Of a stretch of 64,000 nt of DNA, positions 29,392 to 38,514 are shown piece by piece. Made by a program: the position numbers and the translations under genes. The stretch is from Patescibacteria group bacterium (GTDB lineage Bacteria; Patescibacteriota; Patescibacteriia; JAXHNJ01). The stretch spans positions 36,155 to 100,154 of the forward strand of contig JBAZMP010000003.1 in NCBI GenBank assembly GCA_041649715.1. Direction: 5' to 3'. Within the stretch, counting starts at the first letter, position 1. Each line of letters begins with the position of its first letter. A model generated the notes under the pieces. That model ran no database searches and was not told the DNA's origin. It saw nothing but the letters and a program-made list of their open reading frames with translations.

Positions 29392-29487
29392 AAAAAAACT
29401 ATCTTCCCTGGCCGGGGTAGCAAAGACGCTTGTCTTATTTTAGAGTAAAGACAAATCCCCTTGCTACCGTGCGTCAAAAAAGATAGT
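29392..29487 (-). ncRNA. ~95-nt rod-shaped hairpin/terminator directly 3' of the histone gene
   Basis: Three stacked helices ACTATCTT/AAGATAGT, GGTAGCAA/TTGCTACC and TTGTCTT/AAGACAA, then 7 T on minus. Confidence 0.6.
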
Positions 29488-29494
29488 CCAAAAA

Positions 29495-29668
29495 TTAAAG
29501 ATCCGCCGGCTTAACCGTGCTTCTTTTATTTTCTTTGCAGCGTCTGCAAGCTTCATCAAGCAACATCACTACTTTCTTATCCAGGGCATCGATCAATTCA
29601 CCGGATGTGTGACAACCCTTGGTTTTAATCGTTTCTTTTACTTTTGAGGCGACAACGAGATTGGCCAT
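29495..29668 (-). CDS. Bacterial histone-fold protein (Bd0055-like), 57 aa, absent from ORF track
   Basis: Manual translation MANLVVASKVKETIKTKGCHTSGELIDALDKKVVMLLDEACRRCKENKRSTVKPADL. LVVxSKVK start and RxTVxxxD end; SD AAAGGGGGTG. Confidence 0.88.
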   Translation of the reverse strand: MANLVVASKVKETIKTKGCHTSGELIDALDKKVVMLLDEACRRCKENKRSTVKPADL

Positions 29669-29793
29669 TTCTTACACCCCCTTTCTGTCCTAATTATAGC
29701 GTCTTAATAAATAAATTAGATTATGGGTAAAGAGAATAATCTCTTTATTTCCCTTAATTCTAGCATATATTGACAAATCAAGGCAAAACAGCT

Positions 29794-30987
29794 TCAGTCG
29801 CGAAAAAGAATGCTTTCTTTGGAATATATTTTTGTGGCGATAACCACGGAAAGAACGGCAAAAACCAGCAAACTGCCTAAAGTGGCGACAATATGCATAG
29901 AATCATAAACGCCCATTAAATTTTCCTTAAAGAGCAAAACAGCATTAACCACTGGAATAAAATAATAGGCGGTAATGGGTTTAAATCCCGGATATGAACC
30001 TAGCAGGGCTACCGGCAGCACCGTCGCGATATAAAAAGGCATGACATAATTTTGGGCCTCTTTGTAGCTTTTGGCGAAGATGGCGACAGCCAGAAGCAGA
30101 CCGGCGAACATGATGGATAAGATGATGCCGATACCAAGCATCAGAAAAACCGTGGAAGGAGAAATACTGAATTCAAAAGCGCCCACACTTTCTCCGAAAT
30201 TCGGCGGCCAGATTTTAAAAGCGGCGTACATGCTCCCGATGGACAAAACCACGGAAGTAATGGAGGCGGTTGCCACCGCTAAAAATTTCCCGGTGACAAT
30301 CTTAATTCTTGACAAAGGGGTCAGAAGCAAAGCCTCCAGGGTTTTCCGCTCTTTTTCCCCCGCGGAAATATCAATCGCAATATACATGCCGCCGATAAAA
30401 GTAAACAAGACGATAAACATGGGCAGCAATAACCCCAAGAAAAATCCCCCCTTCTCTTTTTCCGAAGCCAAATCTTCCGGCTTAACGGTAATACTCTGCA
30501 ATAAACTTGGATCCAGGCGGGCCTCTACGAGCTTTTGACTGGCTAAAGCTTGATTAAAAACCACAAGCAAGCTACTAATTTTGCTAAAAGCGGTGGTAGA
30601 TTTGGTCTCCGTGCTTTTCTGCATTACCGCAATTTCCACCGGTATACCCGCTTTTATTTTTTCCTCAAAATCAGCCGGCGGAGTGACAATCACCTGTATT
30701 TCTCCGGTGTTTAATTTCCCCTTTAAATCACCGCCCCCGGTCTTAATTTCCACTTTATCCTGCGCTTGCAAAAAATTCACCAGGGAGGGCGCTTTTTCCT
30801 GGTTTTCTATGGCCACGACCGCCACCTGCTTTTCCGCCGATTTAATCTGCTCTTGCGCAATTTTCATACTGCCGATCATCATCAAGGGCATAAAAACAAT
30901 CGGCATGACAATAGAAACCATCAAAGTCCTTCTGTCCCTGATCGTATCTTTTAATTCCTTTTTCCAAACCGATAATATTTGTCTCAT
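29794..30987 (-). CDS. ABC exporter permease, NatB-like
   Basis: KELKDTIRDRRT, AGEKERKTLEALL, AKSYKEAQ. Confidence 0.88.
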   Translation of the reverse strand: MRQILSVWKKELKDTIRDRRTLMVSIVMPIVFMPLMMIGSMKIAQEQIKSAEKQVAVVAIENQEKAPSLVNFLQAQDKVEIKTGGGDLKGKLNTGEIQVIVTPPADFEEKIKAGIPVEIAVMQKSTETKSTTAFSKISSLLVVFNQALASQKLVEARLDPSLLQSITVKPEDLASEKEKGGFFLGLLLPMFIVLFTFIGGMYIAIDISAGEKERKTLEALLLTPLSRIKIVTGKFLAVATASITSVVLSIGSMYAAFKIWPPNFGESVGAFEFSISPSTVFLMLGIGIILSIMFAGLLLAVAIFAKSYKEAQNYVMPFYIATVLPVALLGSYPGFKPITAYYFIPVVNAVLLFKENLMGVYDSMHIVATLGSLLVFAVLSVVIATKIYSKESILFRD

Positions 30988-31856
30988 TTTTTAATTACAA
31001 ATTCGTAAATAAGGACAAAAACAATGATAATGACAAAAATAATTATCCTACCCAAAGAATTTCTTTTGCCGAAATATTTCTTGAAAAATGATTGCTGACC
31101 CAAATTTTCCGCCTTTTTTCTCTCTGGTTCATAATCGGTTTCTTCGCCGACCTGTTTCACAAAAGCCTCTTCCAAATCGCGAGCACCTGTTCTATTTTTT
31201 ATATTATTTATTGTATCCACGGCCAGTATTTTCCCTTTGTGCATGATGGCCACTCGGTCGCAGAGCTTTTCCGCGTTGTACATTTCATGGGTGGACAATA
31301 TGACCAACTTGCCCTCACTTTTCGCTTTCTTCATGAATTCAATCACGGTCCGCGAGGCCAGAACATCCAAGCCCGCGGTCGGCTCGTCAAAGATAATCAC
31401 GGCCGGATCGTGGATCACCGAGCGGGCAATGGCCACTTTCTGCTTCATGCCGGTGGAAAACTTGCCGGCCCGCCGGTCGGCAAAACTCCTCATATTTAAA
31501 ATTTCAATAAGATAATTTATTCTTTTTTCTAACACCTCATCTTTTAGGCCATACAATTCCCCGTAATATCGCAGATTCTCCCTGGCGGTAAAACGGTCGT
31601 AAAGACCAATGTCGGTGGTCAGCAATCCCAAAGAAGCCCGCACTTGTTCCGGCTGCTTCTTTATGTCAAAACCATTCACTTCAGCCGTGCCAGAAGTGGC
31701 CTGCAAAACCGTGGCCACAACCCTGATGGTTGTGGTCTTACCTGCCCCGTTGGGCCCCAGCAAACCAAAAATCTCGCCGTCCTTAGCCTCAAAACTGATA
31801 TTATCAACGGCGGTGAAATTTTTGAATTTTTTGGTGAGATTAACGACTTTAAGCAT
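30984..31856 (-). CDS. ABC ATPase, NatA-like, with C-terminal hydrophobic tail
   Basis: GPNGAGKTT, FSTGMKQK, FDEPT. Confidence 0.9.
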   Translation of the reverse strand: MLKVVNLTKKFKNFTAVDNISFEAKDGEIFGLLGPNGAGKTTTIRVVATVLQATSGTAEVNGFDIKKQPEQVRASLGLLTTDIGLYDRFTARENLRYYGELYGLKDEVLEKRINYLIEILNMRSFADRRAGKFSTGMKQKVAIARSVIHDPAVIIFDEPTAGLDVLASRTVIEFMKKAKSEGKLVILSTHEMYNAEKLCDRVAIMHKGKILAVDTINNIKNRTGARDLEEAFVKQVGEETDYEPERKKAENLGQQSFFKKYFGKRNSLGRIIIFVIIIVFVLIYEFVIKK

Positions 31857-31860
31857 AAGA

Positions 31861-32670
31861 TTATTTCACGCAAACGTCCCTTCGGTTAAAATACCACAAA
31901 CCGGCTAAAGTGAAAACGACAAAAACGCCCCCAAAAACCAGGACATCGGTAAAAACAATCGGTTTTCCGGCCAGAATATCCCCGCCGCGGTAATAATAAA
32001 ACAAGGTGTAATGCTTCAGCCAGGATATCTTTTCCCAATACAAAGCGACAAAATTCATGATGTAAAAAGCCAAAGTCAGGCAGGCGCTCAACGCGACCAC
32101 CTTGCCTTTATTCGAGGAGATGGCGGAAAAGAAAAAAGAATATCCGAAAATCGCCAGACTGAAAAAAAATAATACTGTCATCGTATTGACTATCGCGCTC
32201 CAGTTTACGACAATCGCCTTGTCCCAAAGACTGGGCAGCCAAAAACCCAAAAGAGTCGCTCCTTCCAAAATTAAAATCGCGATAATAAAAACCAAAATGT
32301 ACGTTAGGGCGATTTTCAGCCGGCTGATGGGCCGAGCCAAAAGCAGTTCAATCGTCCCCTTTTCAATGCCTTCCGCGATCATCCGGGCGGCAAAATACGC
32401 AATAAAAAACAAAACCACGATAATCCACATCAGGTTTAAATATTCCATTCCGATGTAACTGGTAAAAGTGAATTTGCCGGTAGCATCCACTCCGAAGGCT
32501 TTCATAAAAGCCTCGGGAAACTGCTTGATATATTCTTCAAGATTTAACCCTGACTTGGCAAACATCGGGTATAGAAGAGCCATCAGGAGGCTGTAAATAA
32601 GCAAGCCAAGGCCGTAACCTATCAGACTCCTTTTGTTGTCTTTTATAACCTTAGTAAACAAATTGAACAT
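31861..32670 (-). CDS. ABC-2 type permease
   Basis: 6 TM; EKGTIELLLARPISR; FNRRD. Confidence 0.88.
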   Translation of the reverse strand: MFNLFTKVIKDNKRSLIGYGLGLLIYSLLMALLYPMFAKSGLNLEEYIKQFPEAFMKAFGVDATGKFTFTSYIGMEYLNLMWIIVVLFFIAYFAARMIAEGIEKGTIELLLARPISRLKIALTYILVFIIAILILEGATLLGFWLPSLWDKAIVVNWSAIVNTMTVLFFFSLAIFGYSFFFSAISSNKGKVVALSACLTLAFYIMNFVALYWEKISWLKHYTLFYYYRGGDILAGKPIVFTDVLVFGGVFVVFTLAGLWYFNRRDVCVK

Positions 32671-32673
32671 TTT

Positions 32674-33555
32674 TTATTCTCCTTGGTAATACTTTAAAAA
32701 TACTTCTTCCAAATTAGGCTCGTTAAAATGTACATCCGAGATATCGTACTGCCCCAGTATCTTTATAATCTGATTGACTTCTCCGGTCAGATAAAGCTGC
32801 AGATATTTTTCTTCCTGAAGCTTGATTTCCACCCCGGGCAGTTTAAAATCCTGCGGCCGATAAGCCTGCCGGAAAAAAATTTCCACGATCCTGGTCTTGG
32901 CCTGGGAAAGCTCTTCCACGCTTTTTAAGGCAATCAATTTCCCCTCCTTTAAGATCGCCACCCGGTCGCAGATTTTTTCCACCTCGGATAAAATATGGGA
33001 AGACATAAAAATTGTCGTTCCTTCTTTTATCATTTCTTGAATGATTTTGTTAAATTCAATCTGGATTAAAGGGTCTAGACCGCCCGTTGGCTCGTCTAAA
33101 ATCAAAAGTTTGGGTTTGCCGGATAAAGCCTGCAGCACCCCGATTTTTTGCCTGTTGCCCTTTGATAAATCGCTGACCCTTCTTTTCAAATCGATATCCA
33201 ATCTCTCCGTCAATTCTTTCACCCACTCTTTATTCAAGCCGCCATAAAAAGCAGCCAGGAATTTTGTCAGGTATTCGCCGGAATAACGGTCATATAATTT
33301 GACATCACCCGCCAGATACCCTACTTTCTTCATTATTTCTACCCGACTTTTTTGGCAGTCAAGACCAAAGACAGAAGCCCTTCCTTCCGTGGGACGGATA
33401 AAACCCATCAGCATTCTGATGGTGGTTGTTTTACCGGCGCCATTAGGCCCTAAAAAACCGAAGATCTCCCCTTCTTTTACCTCCAGGTTAAGGCCGTCAA
33501 CCGCCTTAATTTTGCCGCGATCAAAAGTCTTTGTTAAATTTTCGGTTTTAATCAT
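32674..33555 (-). CDS. ABC ATPase
   Basis: GPNGAGKTT, LSKGNRQK, LDEPT, SSHILSE. Confidence 0.93.
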   Translation of the reverse strand: MIKTENLTKTFDRGKIKAVDGLNLEVKEGEIFGFLGPNGAGKTTTIRMLMGFIRPTEGRASVFGLDCQKSRVEIMKKVGYLAGDVKLYDRYSGEYLTKFLAAFYGGLNKEWVKELTERLDIDLKRRVSDLSKGNRQKIGVLQALSGKPKLLILDEPTGGLDPLIQIEFNKIIQEMIKEGTTIFMSSHILSEVEKICDRVAILKEGKLIALKSVEELSQAKTRIVEIFFRQAYRPQDFKLPGVEIKLQEEKYLQLYLTGEVNQIIKILGQYDISDVHFNEPNLEEVFLKYYQGE

Positions 33556-33563
33556 AATGTTGT

Positions 33564-33661
33564 TTAAATTCTAAATTCTAATCTCGAAATCCGAAACAAT
33601 TTCTAAGCACTAATATTCCAAACTCTAGTTACTATCACCCGTCACCCTGAATTTTTTTCAG
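33564..33661. repeat. Left arms of heptamer-periodic and REP-like inverted repeats
   Basis: AAATTCT AAATTCT AATCTCG AAATCCG AAAC.., then GTCACCCTGAATTTTTTTCAG. Confidence 0.65.
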
Positions 33662-33779
33662 TGTCCCTATCGTTACCGTTGTTTTAACCAACTTAATGGA
33701 AGTAATAAGAGATAAACAGTGTTTTCAAAAGGCGATTTGTCAGTTACATAGCTTAAAGTTAGTCTAAATTTATTAACTA

Positions 33780-34436
33780 TCAGGATTGTATAAAATCATT
33801 ATCTTTATATTCTAAATCGTTAAAATAATCACACGAATATCCCAGTTTTTTTTCTTCACCGCCCCAGCTATTACATGTGGCTATTTTATTACCCTCTCTA
33901 TCATAGTATATCTCACCCATGTCTGTAACCCAAGCACTTACCTGATATATTCTGCCGTATTTTTTAGTATTCCAAGAAACAATTTCATAATGGTTATCTT
34001 CCCATAAATTCCATGAATTAGAACTATATTGACTTTTTATATTATTTACAACAGTCATGTTAACCTTATCATCATCTGTGTTTGACGAGGGTTTTTGAGT
34101 GAAAAGATATAGTACGACACAAATTATGCCATAAACTAACCCGATAAATAATAACGTCAGCAGTAGTGATTTAACGAGATTTTTTTTATTAATAAACACA
34201 AAATAACAAGAAATGATGTATATTGCTATTAGGTATATTAGATTAAAAATAATGAAGATTGGCCAAGAATCTGGGACAGCACCCATAAACATATATTTAT
34301 AAGTTGACAGACGAGATAAAAAACTCGCTTCAATTAAATCAGTAAAAAACCAGACGGCAACAACTGTAATTATTATTAGTCCAAAAAATATTAATAGTTT
34401 CTTTTTTACTGGTTTTAAAAATTTTAAGATGAACAT
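33780..34436 (-). CDS. AT-rich hypothetical membrane protein
   Basis: Three TM segments plus soluble C-terminal domain; visibly AT-richer than neighbours. Confidence 0.7.
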   Translation of the reverse strand: MFILKFLKPVKKKLLIFFGLIIITVVAVWFFTDLIEASFLSRLSTYKYMFMGAVPDSWPIFIIFNLIYLIAIYIISCYFVFINKKNLVKSLLLTLLFIGLVYGIICVVLYLFTQKPSSNTDDDKVNMTVVNNIKSQYSSNSWNLWEDNHYEIVSWNTKKYGRIYQVSAWVTDMGEIYYDREGNKIATCNSWGGEEKKLGYSCDYFNDLEYKDNDFIQS

Positions 34437-34593
34437 ATTATTATAACTTAATTATAAGTCGGGTAACTAGAGGTCTCGTCATACGACGGGGTAAAGATTT
34501 GCACTCAAAAATTTAAGATTCCCGCCCGCCAAAGCGAGCTGATATTAATTAGAGTTGCAGAAGGGTTTTTTATACAAAAGAGTTGTAAGGGCA

Positions 34594-34700
34594 GGAGATG
34601 CTGAAACAAGTCCAGCATGGCGCATACGGAAACGGGTTTCGGATTTGGAATTTCGGATTTAGGATTTGTTTAGAATTTAGGATTTAGGATTTCGGATTTT
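34594..34700. repeat. Right arms of REP-like and heptamer-periodic inverted repeats
   Basis: GATGCTGAAACAAGTCCAGCATGGC, then GTTTCGGATTTGGAATTTCGGATTTAGGATTT.. heptamers complementary to 33564-33622. Confidence 0.7.
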
Positions 34701-34705
34701 ACAAT

Positions 34706-35704
34706 TTAATACCAGTCAATGTTGAGAGAAGCGGCGCCCATATCAACGTTCATCTCAATCTTTTTCGTGGTTTGATCATAATTCTCCGACTGGTAAGTAT
34801 TGTCGTCCAATTTCTCAAAATCGGAAAGATCCTTGCTGGATACGCCGGAGTCAATTTTAACTTTAGCGCCGACATCTTTGGGCAGTAAAATATCCGTGGA
34901 CGAAGCCCCGGTCTCAAGGGTAAAAGTAACATCTTCCACTAAATTGCCGAATTTGATCTCGGCGGAAGTGGCGCCCGAATTAATTTCAAGTTTTGAAAGC
35001 ATCACTTGAGAAAAATCCAAATTCATGTCCATCGCCCCCACGCCCAGGGTCAATTCCAAAGGCACTTTATCCGTCAGATTAACCGCCAGATCATTACGGC
35101 TTGAGCCGAACCAGTTTGACCAATGACGATTGGCTTTTGTGGTAAGGCTGTAAGTTAACTTCCCGCCCGTTGTCTCTTTTGTGGTGGTTAATTCCGTTAT
35201 ATTCGAGTCTAACTGCCCGGCAATGAAAAATTGGGAGCCGCCCTTGATGGTCAGATTGCCGGCGCCGGCGTCCAGAGTAACTTCACCGCTGGTTATCTCC
35301 GGAACTAAAGTTTCCGAAAACTCATAGGTCTTCACTTCCCGGTTGGTATCCGGCCAAAATATGGTGCTAAAGACAATGCCGCCCACGATCAGAATGACAA
35401 CTATCCCCCCGAAAATTGTTCCCATTATCCCCCGCCGAGTCAGCATGGATAAGGCAATAACGATAAGAATGACCGGCCAGAAACGCCAAATATTTTCCAT
35501 ATTGACGGAAAACCAGCCGAAATTATTGCCTAAAAAAGCGATGCCGGCAAAAAGCAGTATTAAGGCCCAGAAAAACCGGCCCATATCCCATCCCTTGCGT
35601 TTGTCATAATGGTGGTGATAATGAATTTCTTTTGGTTCGACTGACGGTTCTTCTTTTTTTACCTCGTTTTGTGTTTGATTTTGTTCTGTCTTTTGCTCTT
35701 CCAT
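34706..35704 (-). CDS. LiaF/LiaI-like TM region plus toast-rack-like beta domain
   Basis: FWPVILI motif; repeated L..GAG/GA..L strands. Confidence 0.75.
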   Translation of the reverse strand: MEEQKTEQNQTQNEVKKEEPSVEPKEIHYHHHYDKRKGWDMGRFFWALILLFAGIAFLGNNFGWFSVNMENIWRFWPVILIVIALSMLTRRGIMGTIFGGIVVILIVGGIVFSTIFWPDTNREVKTYEFSETLVPEITSGEVTLDAGAGNLTIKGGSQFFIAGQLDSNITELTTTKETTGGKLTYSLTTKANRHWSNWFGSSRNDLAVNLTDKVPLELTLGVGAMDMNLDFSQVMLSKLEINSGATSAEIKFGNLVEDVTFTLETGASSTDILLPKDVGAKVKIDSGVSSKDLSDFEKLDDNTYQSENYDQTTKKIEMNVDMGAASLNIDWY

Positions 35705-35716
35705 AAATTTATTTAT

Positions 35717-35881
35717 TTATAATATATATTGTTCAAATAAATATCTGATTGCTTCCCGAAGAGGATATAATATTAATAATAGTCCGAATAATATCCCCTG
35801 TTTCTTGCTGATAACACCGTATATTACCAGGAATATATCAGTGATTAATAGAGAGGCAAAGGCAATAATAAACGTCCACAT
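35717..35881 (-). CDS. Small membrane protein (54 aa), absent from ORF track
   Basis: Manual translation MWTFIIAFASLLITDIFLVIYGVISKKQGILFGLLLILYPLREAIRYLFEQYIL; fills the operon gap. Confidence 0.55.
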   Translation of the reverse strand: MWTFIIAFASLLITDIFLVIYGVISKKQGILFGLLLILYPLREAIRYLFEQYIL

Positions 35882-35888
35882 AAAAAGG

Positions 35889-36395
35889 CTATTTTCTTCG
35901 AAAAATCATAAAAAGAGCGATCGCAATCAAAATCAGCGGCCAGAGCTTCCAGGAACCGATCATGTTCGCGTAAAAAATCAGGGATAAAACCGTCAAAATT
36001 GTGGCCGGGATCAACAAAGGTTTCATCGCCCTTTGCGAACCGAAATAAGTGACAAAAAAAGCCAGGCCGGGAACCAAGATAAAAGTCGGCCACAAATACT
36101 CCATATATTGCCAGCTGGCCGAATTCATGATAAAGAAAAACAGCCCCAGGAAAGTAAGAATTGAACCGGGGATCAATATTCCATAAAGCTTACTTTTTTC
36201 TCCGGCCACGAAAAACCAGACGAAAAAAGCCAGGCCGGGGACCAAAACGAAAATCGGCCACCAGTACTCCCAGTTCCAATTAGGCAGAAAATTAGCCGCC
36301 AAAAAAGCGACGCCCAATATCAACAAAATCACGGCGGGAAAAACGGTCGCTTTTTTGCCTTTTGGTTCTTCTTTTGTATTATTCTGTTCTTCCAT
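35889..36395 (-). CDS. DUF5668/LiaI-LiaF-like membrane protein with internal repeat
   Basis: Repeated WP.F.LVPGLAFFV units and a final LWPLILI; ATG 36395. Confidence 0.75.
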   Translation of the reverse strand: MEEQNNTKEEPKGKKATVFPAVILLILGVAFLAANFLPNWNWEYWWPIFVLVPGLAFFVWFFVAGEKSKLYGILIPGSILTFLGLFFFIMNSASWQYMEYLWPTFILVPGLAFFVTYFGSQRAMKPLLIPATILTVLSLIFYANMIGSWKLWPLILIAIALFMIFRRK

Positions 36396-36505
36396 TTTAT
36401 TATTTAATAGTTGATAATTATATTTGACACTAGACACGAAGACACCCGACACAATAAATTTTAAATGCTATTCTTCATGTCTTTATGTCTTCTTGTCTTC
36501 AAGTC

Positions 36506-36712
36506 TTATTTTTTTCGGCGAAAAAGCATCACTAAAGCAATAACAATTAGGATCACCGGCCAAAGCTTGCCGATATCAAAAGAGGTGATGTAGTTTTCCA
36601 GAAGAAAGAATATACCGATAGCCAGCAGGATAAGGGCGCCGGTGATGTTACGTTTATCATTCTTATTTTCTTTAACCGGCTGATTATTCTCTGGCTTTTG
36701 TTCTTCATTCAT
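36506..36712 (-). CDS. DUF5668/LiaI-LiaF-like small membrane protein
   Basis: GALILLAIGIFFLLEN..GKLWPVILIVIALVMLFRR. Confidence 0.8.
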   Translation of the reverse strand: MNEEQKPENNQPVKENKNDKRNITGALILLAIGIFFLLENYITSFDIGKLWPVILIVIALVMLFRRKK

Positions 36713-36735
36713 AAATTTTATAATTATTTAATAAA

Positions 36736-37221
36736 TTAGCTTCGGCGCCTAAAAAGCATGACTAAGGCCATTAATATCAGTATTACCGGCCAAAGCTTGC
36801 CCCAGTTTAACCAGGTGGTAAAATTTGCCGCCAGGAAAAACACGCCGATAACCAGCAGGATGATCGCGGGCCAAGCCCGGCGTTCAATTCTCTTTTTTTC
36901 TTCGGGCGTGCAGCATTCCTCCTCTTTTTTTTCGTCTTTGCTGAAAGCTTCTTTTATTTCTTCCGCTTTGCCCTTCACCTCGCTGGCAAATTGATTCACC
37001 GCTTCTTTGCTGCCGGCTTTGACGGCCTCACCCTCGCCTGGGTTTTGCGGCACGACAATCCACAGAATAACATAGGCCAAAACTCCGGCGCCGCCGGCCA
37101 GGACGATAACCACGAAAATAATTCGGACCAAGGTTACATCCAGATCGAAATACTCGGCTAAACCGGCGCAGACGCCGGCGATAATCTTGTCTTTGTTAGA
37201 ACGATAAAGTTTCTTGTCCAT
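36736..37221 (-). CDS. pspC: PspC domain protein with C-terminal DUF5668-like region
   Basis: KKLYRS..DKIIAGVCAGLAEYF.LD.TLVRI, YVILWIVVP. Confidence 0.9.
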   Translation of the reverse strand: MDKKLYRSNKDKIIAGVCAGLAEYFDLDVTLVRIIFVVIVLAGGAGVLAYVILWIVVPQNPGEGEAVKAGSKEAVNQFASEVKGKAEEIKEAFSKDEKKEEECCTPEEKKRIERRAWPAIILLVIGVFFLAANFTTWLNWGKLWPVILILMALVMLFRRRS

Positions 37222-37379
37222 GTTGGTAATTTATAATTAATAATGTATAATTTATAATTTTTCGTGATTCGGAAGATATGCCGATAGACCATTGACGATA
37301 AACGTAACCATTAACGCCGCCTGAGAACGAAAGGATAATATCTTAATATCTTAATCGCTTAGTCGCCCAATATCAAGCG

Positions 37380-38513
37380 CTACTGCGTCGTCTTCTCAAA
37401 CCGGAAAGTCTTCCAGGCGATTAAAAAAGTCACCACAATCCAACCCCCAAGCATCAGTAATTGCATCTTGATATCGCCCAGACCGGCGTTATTATTCGCC
37501 ACATCCCTTAACGCTTCAATCAGGGGGGTTAAGGGCAGATATTTAGTCACCTGGTAGACGGCCGGGGGTAAAACTTCAGAGGGATAAAAAACGCCGGACA
37601 AAAACATCATGGGCATAAAAACCGCCTGGGCCATGGCGCCAGCCGCGTTCACGGTCTTGGCGATTCCGGCGATAGTAAAGCCGATACTCAAGAAAATCAA
37701 ACTGCCCAAAAGAGACAATCCATACATCAAAAATATATTGCCGTAAAAATGCACATTATAGGCAAATTTTGCCACTCCCACAATCAGGCTTAACTGAATA
37801 ACCGCCAGAATCAAGTAGGAAAAAACCTGGGCTACCAGAAAATCGCGAACCTTCAAGGGGGTGGCCGTCAGCCTTTTAAGCAGCTTCTGTTCCCTGTATT
37901 TGACGATCTCCGAAGAAATGCCGATGATGGCGGCCGACATCACGGCCATGGCCATAATGCCCGGGGTAAGCATGTCAAGATACGAAATTTCCTTGGCCTT
38001 TAAACTCTCCGCTTTCATCACAAAACTTTTTGAAACACCGGCCAACTGAAAATTCACTTCGTCGATAAACTGGTTCAAGGTGCTTAATATAATGGAATTG
38101 GTCTGGACATTAGCCTCGTTGTAATAAACCTGTATATCGGTCGGAGTGGGCAAGGCCTGTGACGGGACAGCCTTAACATTAACCGCTATTTCCGGCGCTT
38201 TAAAGTTTTCCGGGATAACAATAACAAAATCCAGATCGCCCTGTTCCAATACTTTTTTCGCTTCATCAATGTTTGTATACTGGCTTTCTATCTGGAAAAA
38301 TTCAATCTTTTTCAAACCGTCGGCAAACTGGGCCGAAACCGGCGAATTGGCTTTATCAATCAGCGCCACTTTAGAGTGACCGATGTCATTAAAATTAAAA
38401 AGGCCGAAAATAACGATAAACATGGTCGGAAAAAGCAGGGTCCAAAACAAAGCCTGCTTGTCCCGAAAAGTCATTTTCAAATTGGCAACTAGCAATTTTC
38501 CGATAGTCTTCAT
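37380..38513 (-). CDS. ABC-2 permease
   Basis: RDKQALFW, REQKLLKRL.ATP, PMMFLSGVFYP. Confidence 0.9.
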   Translation of the reverse strand: MKTIGKLLVANLKMTFRDKQALFWTLLFPTMFIVIFGLFNFNDIGHSKVALIDKANSPVSAQFADGLKKIEFFQIESQYTNIDEAKKVLEQGDLDFVIVIPENFKAPEIAVNVKAVPSQALPTPTDIQVYYNEANVQTNSIILSTLNQFIDEVNFQLAGVSKSFVMKAESLKAKEISYLDMLTPGIMAMAVMSAAIIGISSEIVKYREQKLLKRLTATPLKVRDFLVAQVFSYLILAVIQLSLIVGVAKFAYNVHFYGNIFLMYGLSLLGSLIFLSIGFTIAGIAKTVNAAGAMAQAVFMPMMFLSGVFYPSEVLPPAVYQVTKYLPLTPLIEALRDVANNNAGLGDIKMQLLMLGGWIVVTFLIAWKTFRFEKTTQ

Positions 38514-38514
38514 A

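Noticed and set aside
29392-29487. SRP RNA or eukaryote-type histone stem-loop
   Set aside because: No SRP domain IV motif, and size and sequence do not match the metazoan histone stem-loop; kept only as an unknown structure.
33660-33780. Integron attC site after the AT-rich ORFan
   Set aside because: Near matches to RYYYAAC/GTTRRRY are imperfect and lack a proper intervening palindrome.
36426-36505. GACAC/TGTCTT periodic arms
   Set aside because: Short degenerate periodic palindrome with no cargo; adds nothing beyond the repeat family already reported.
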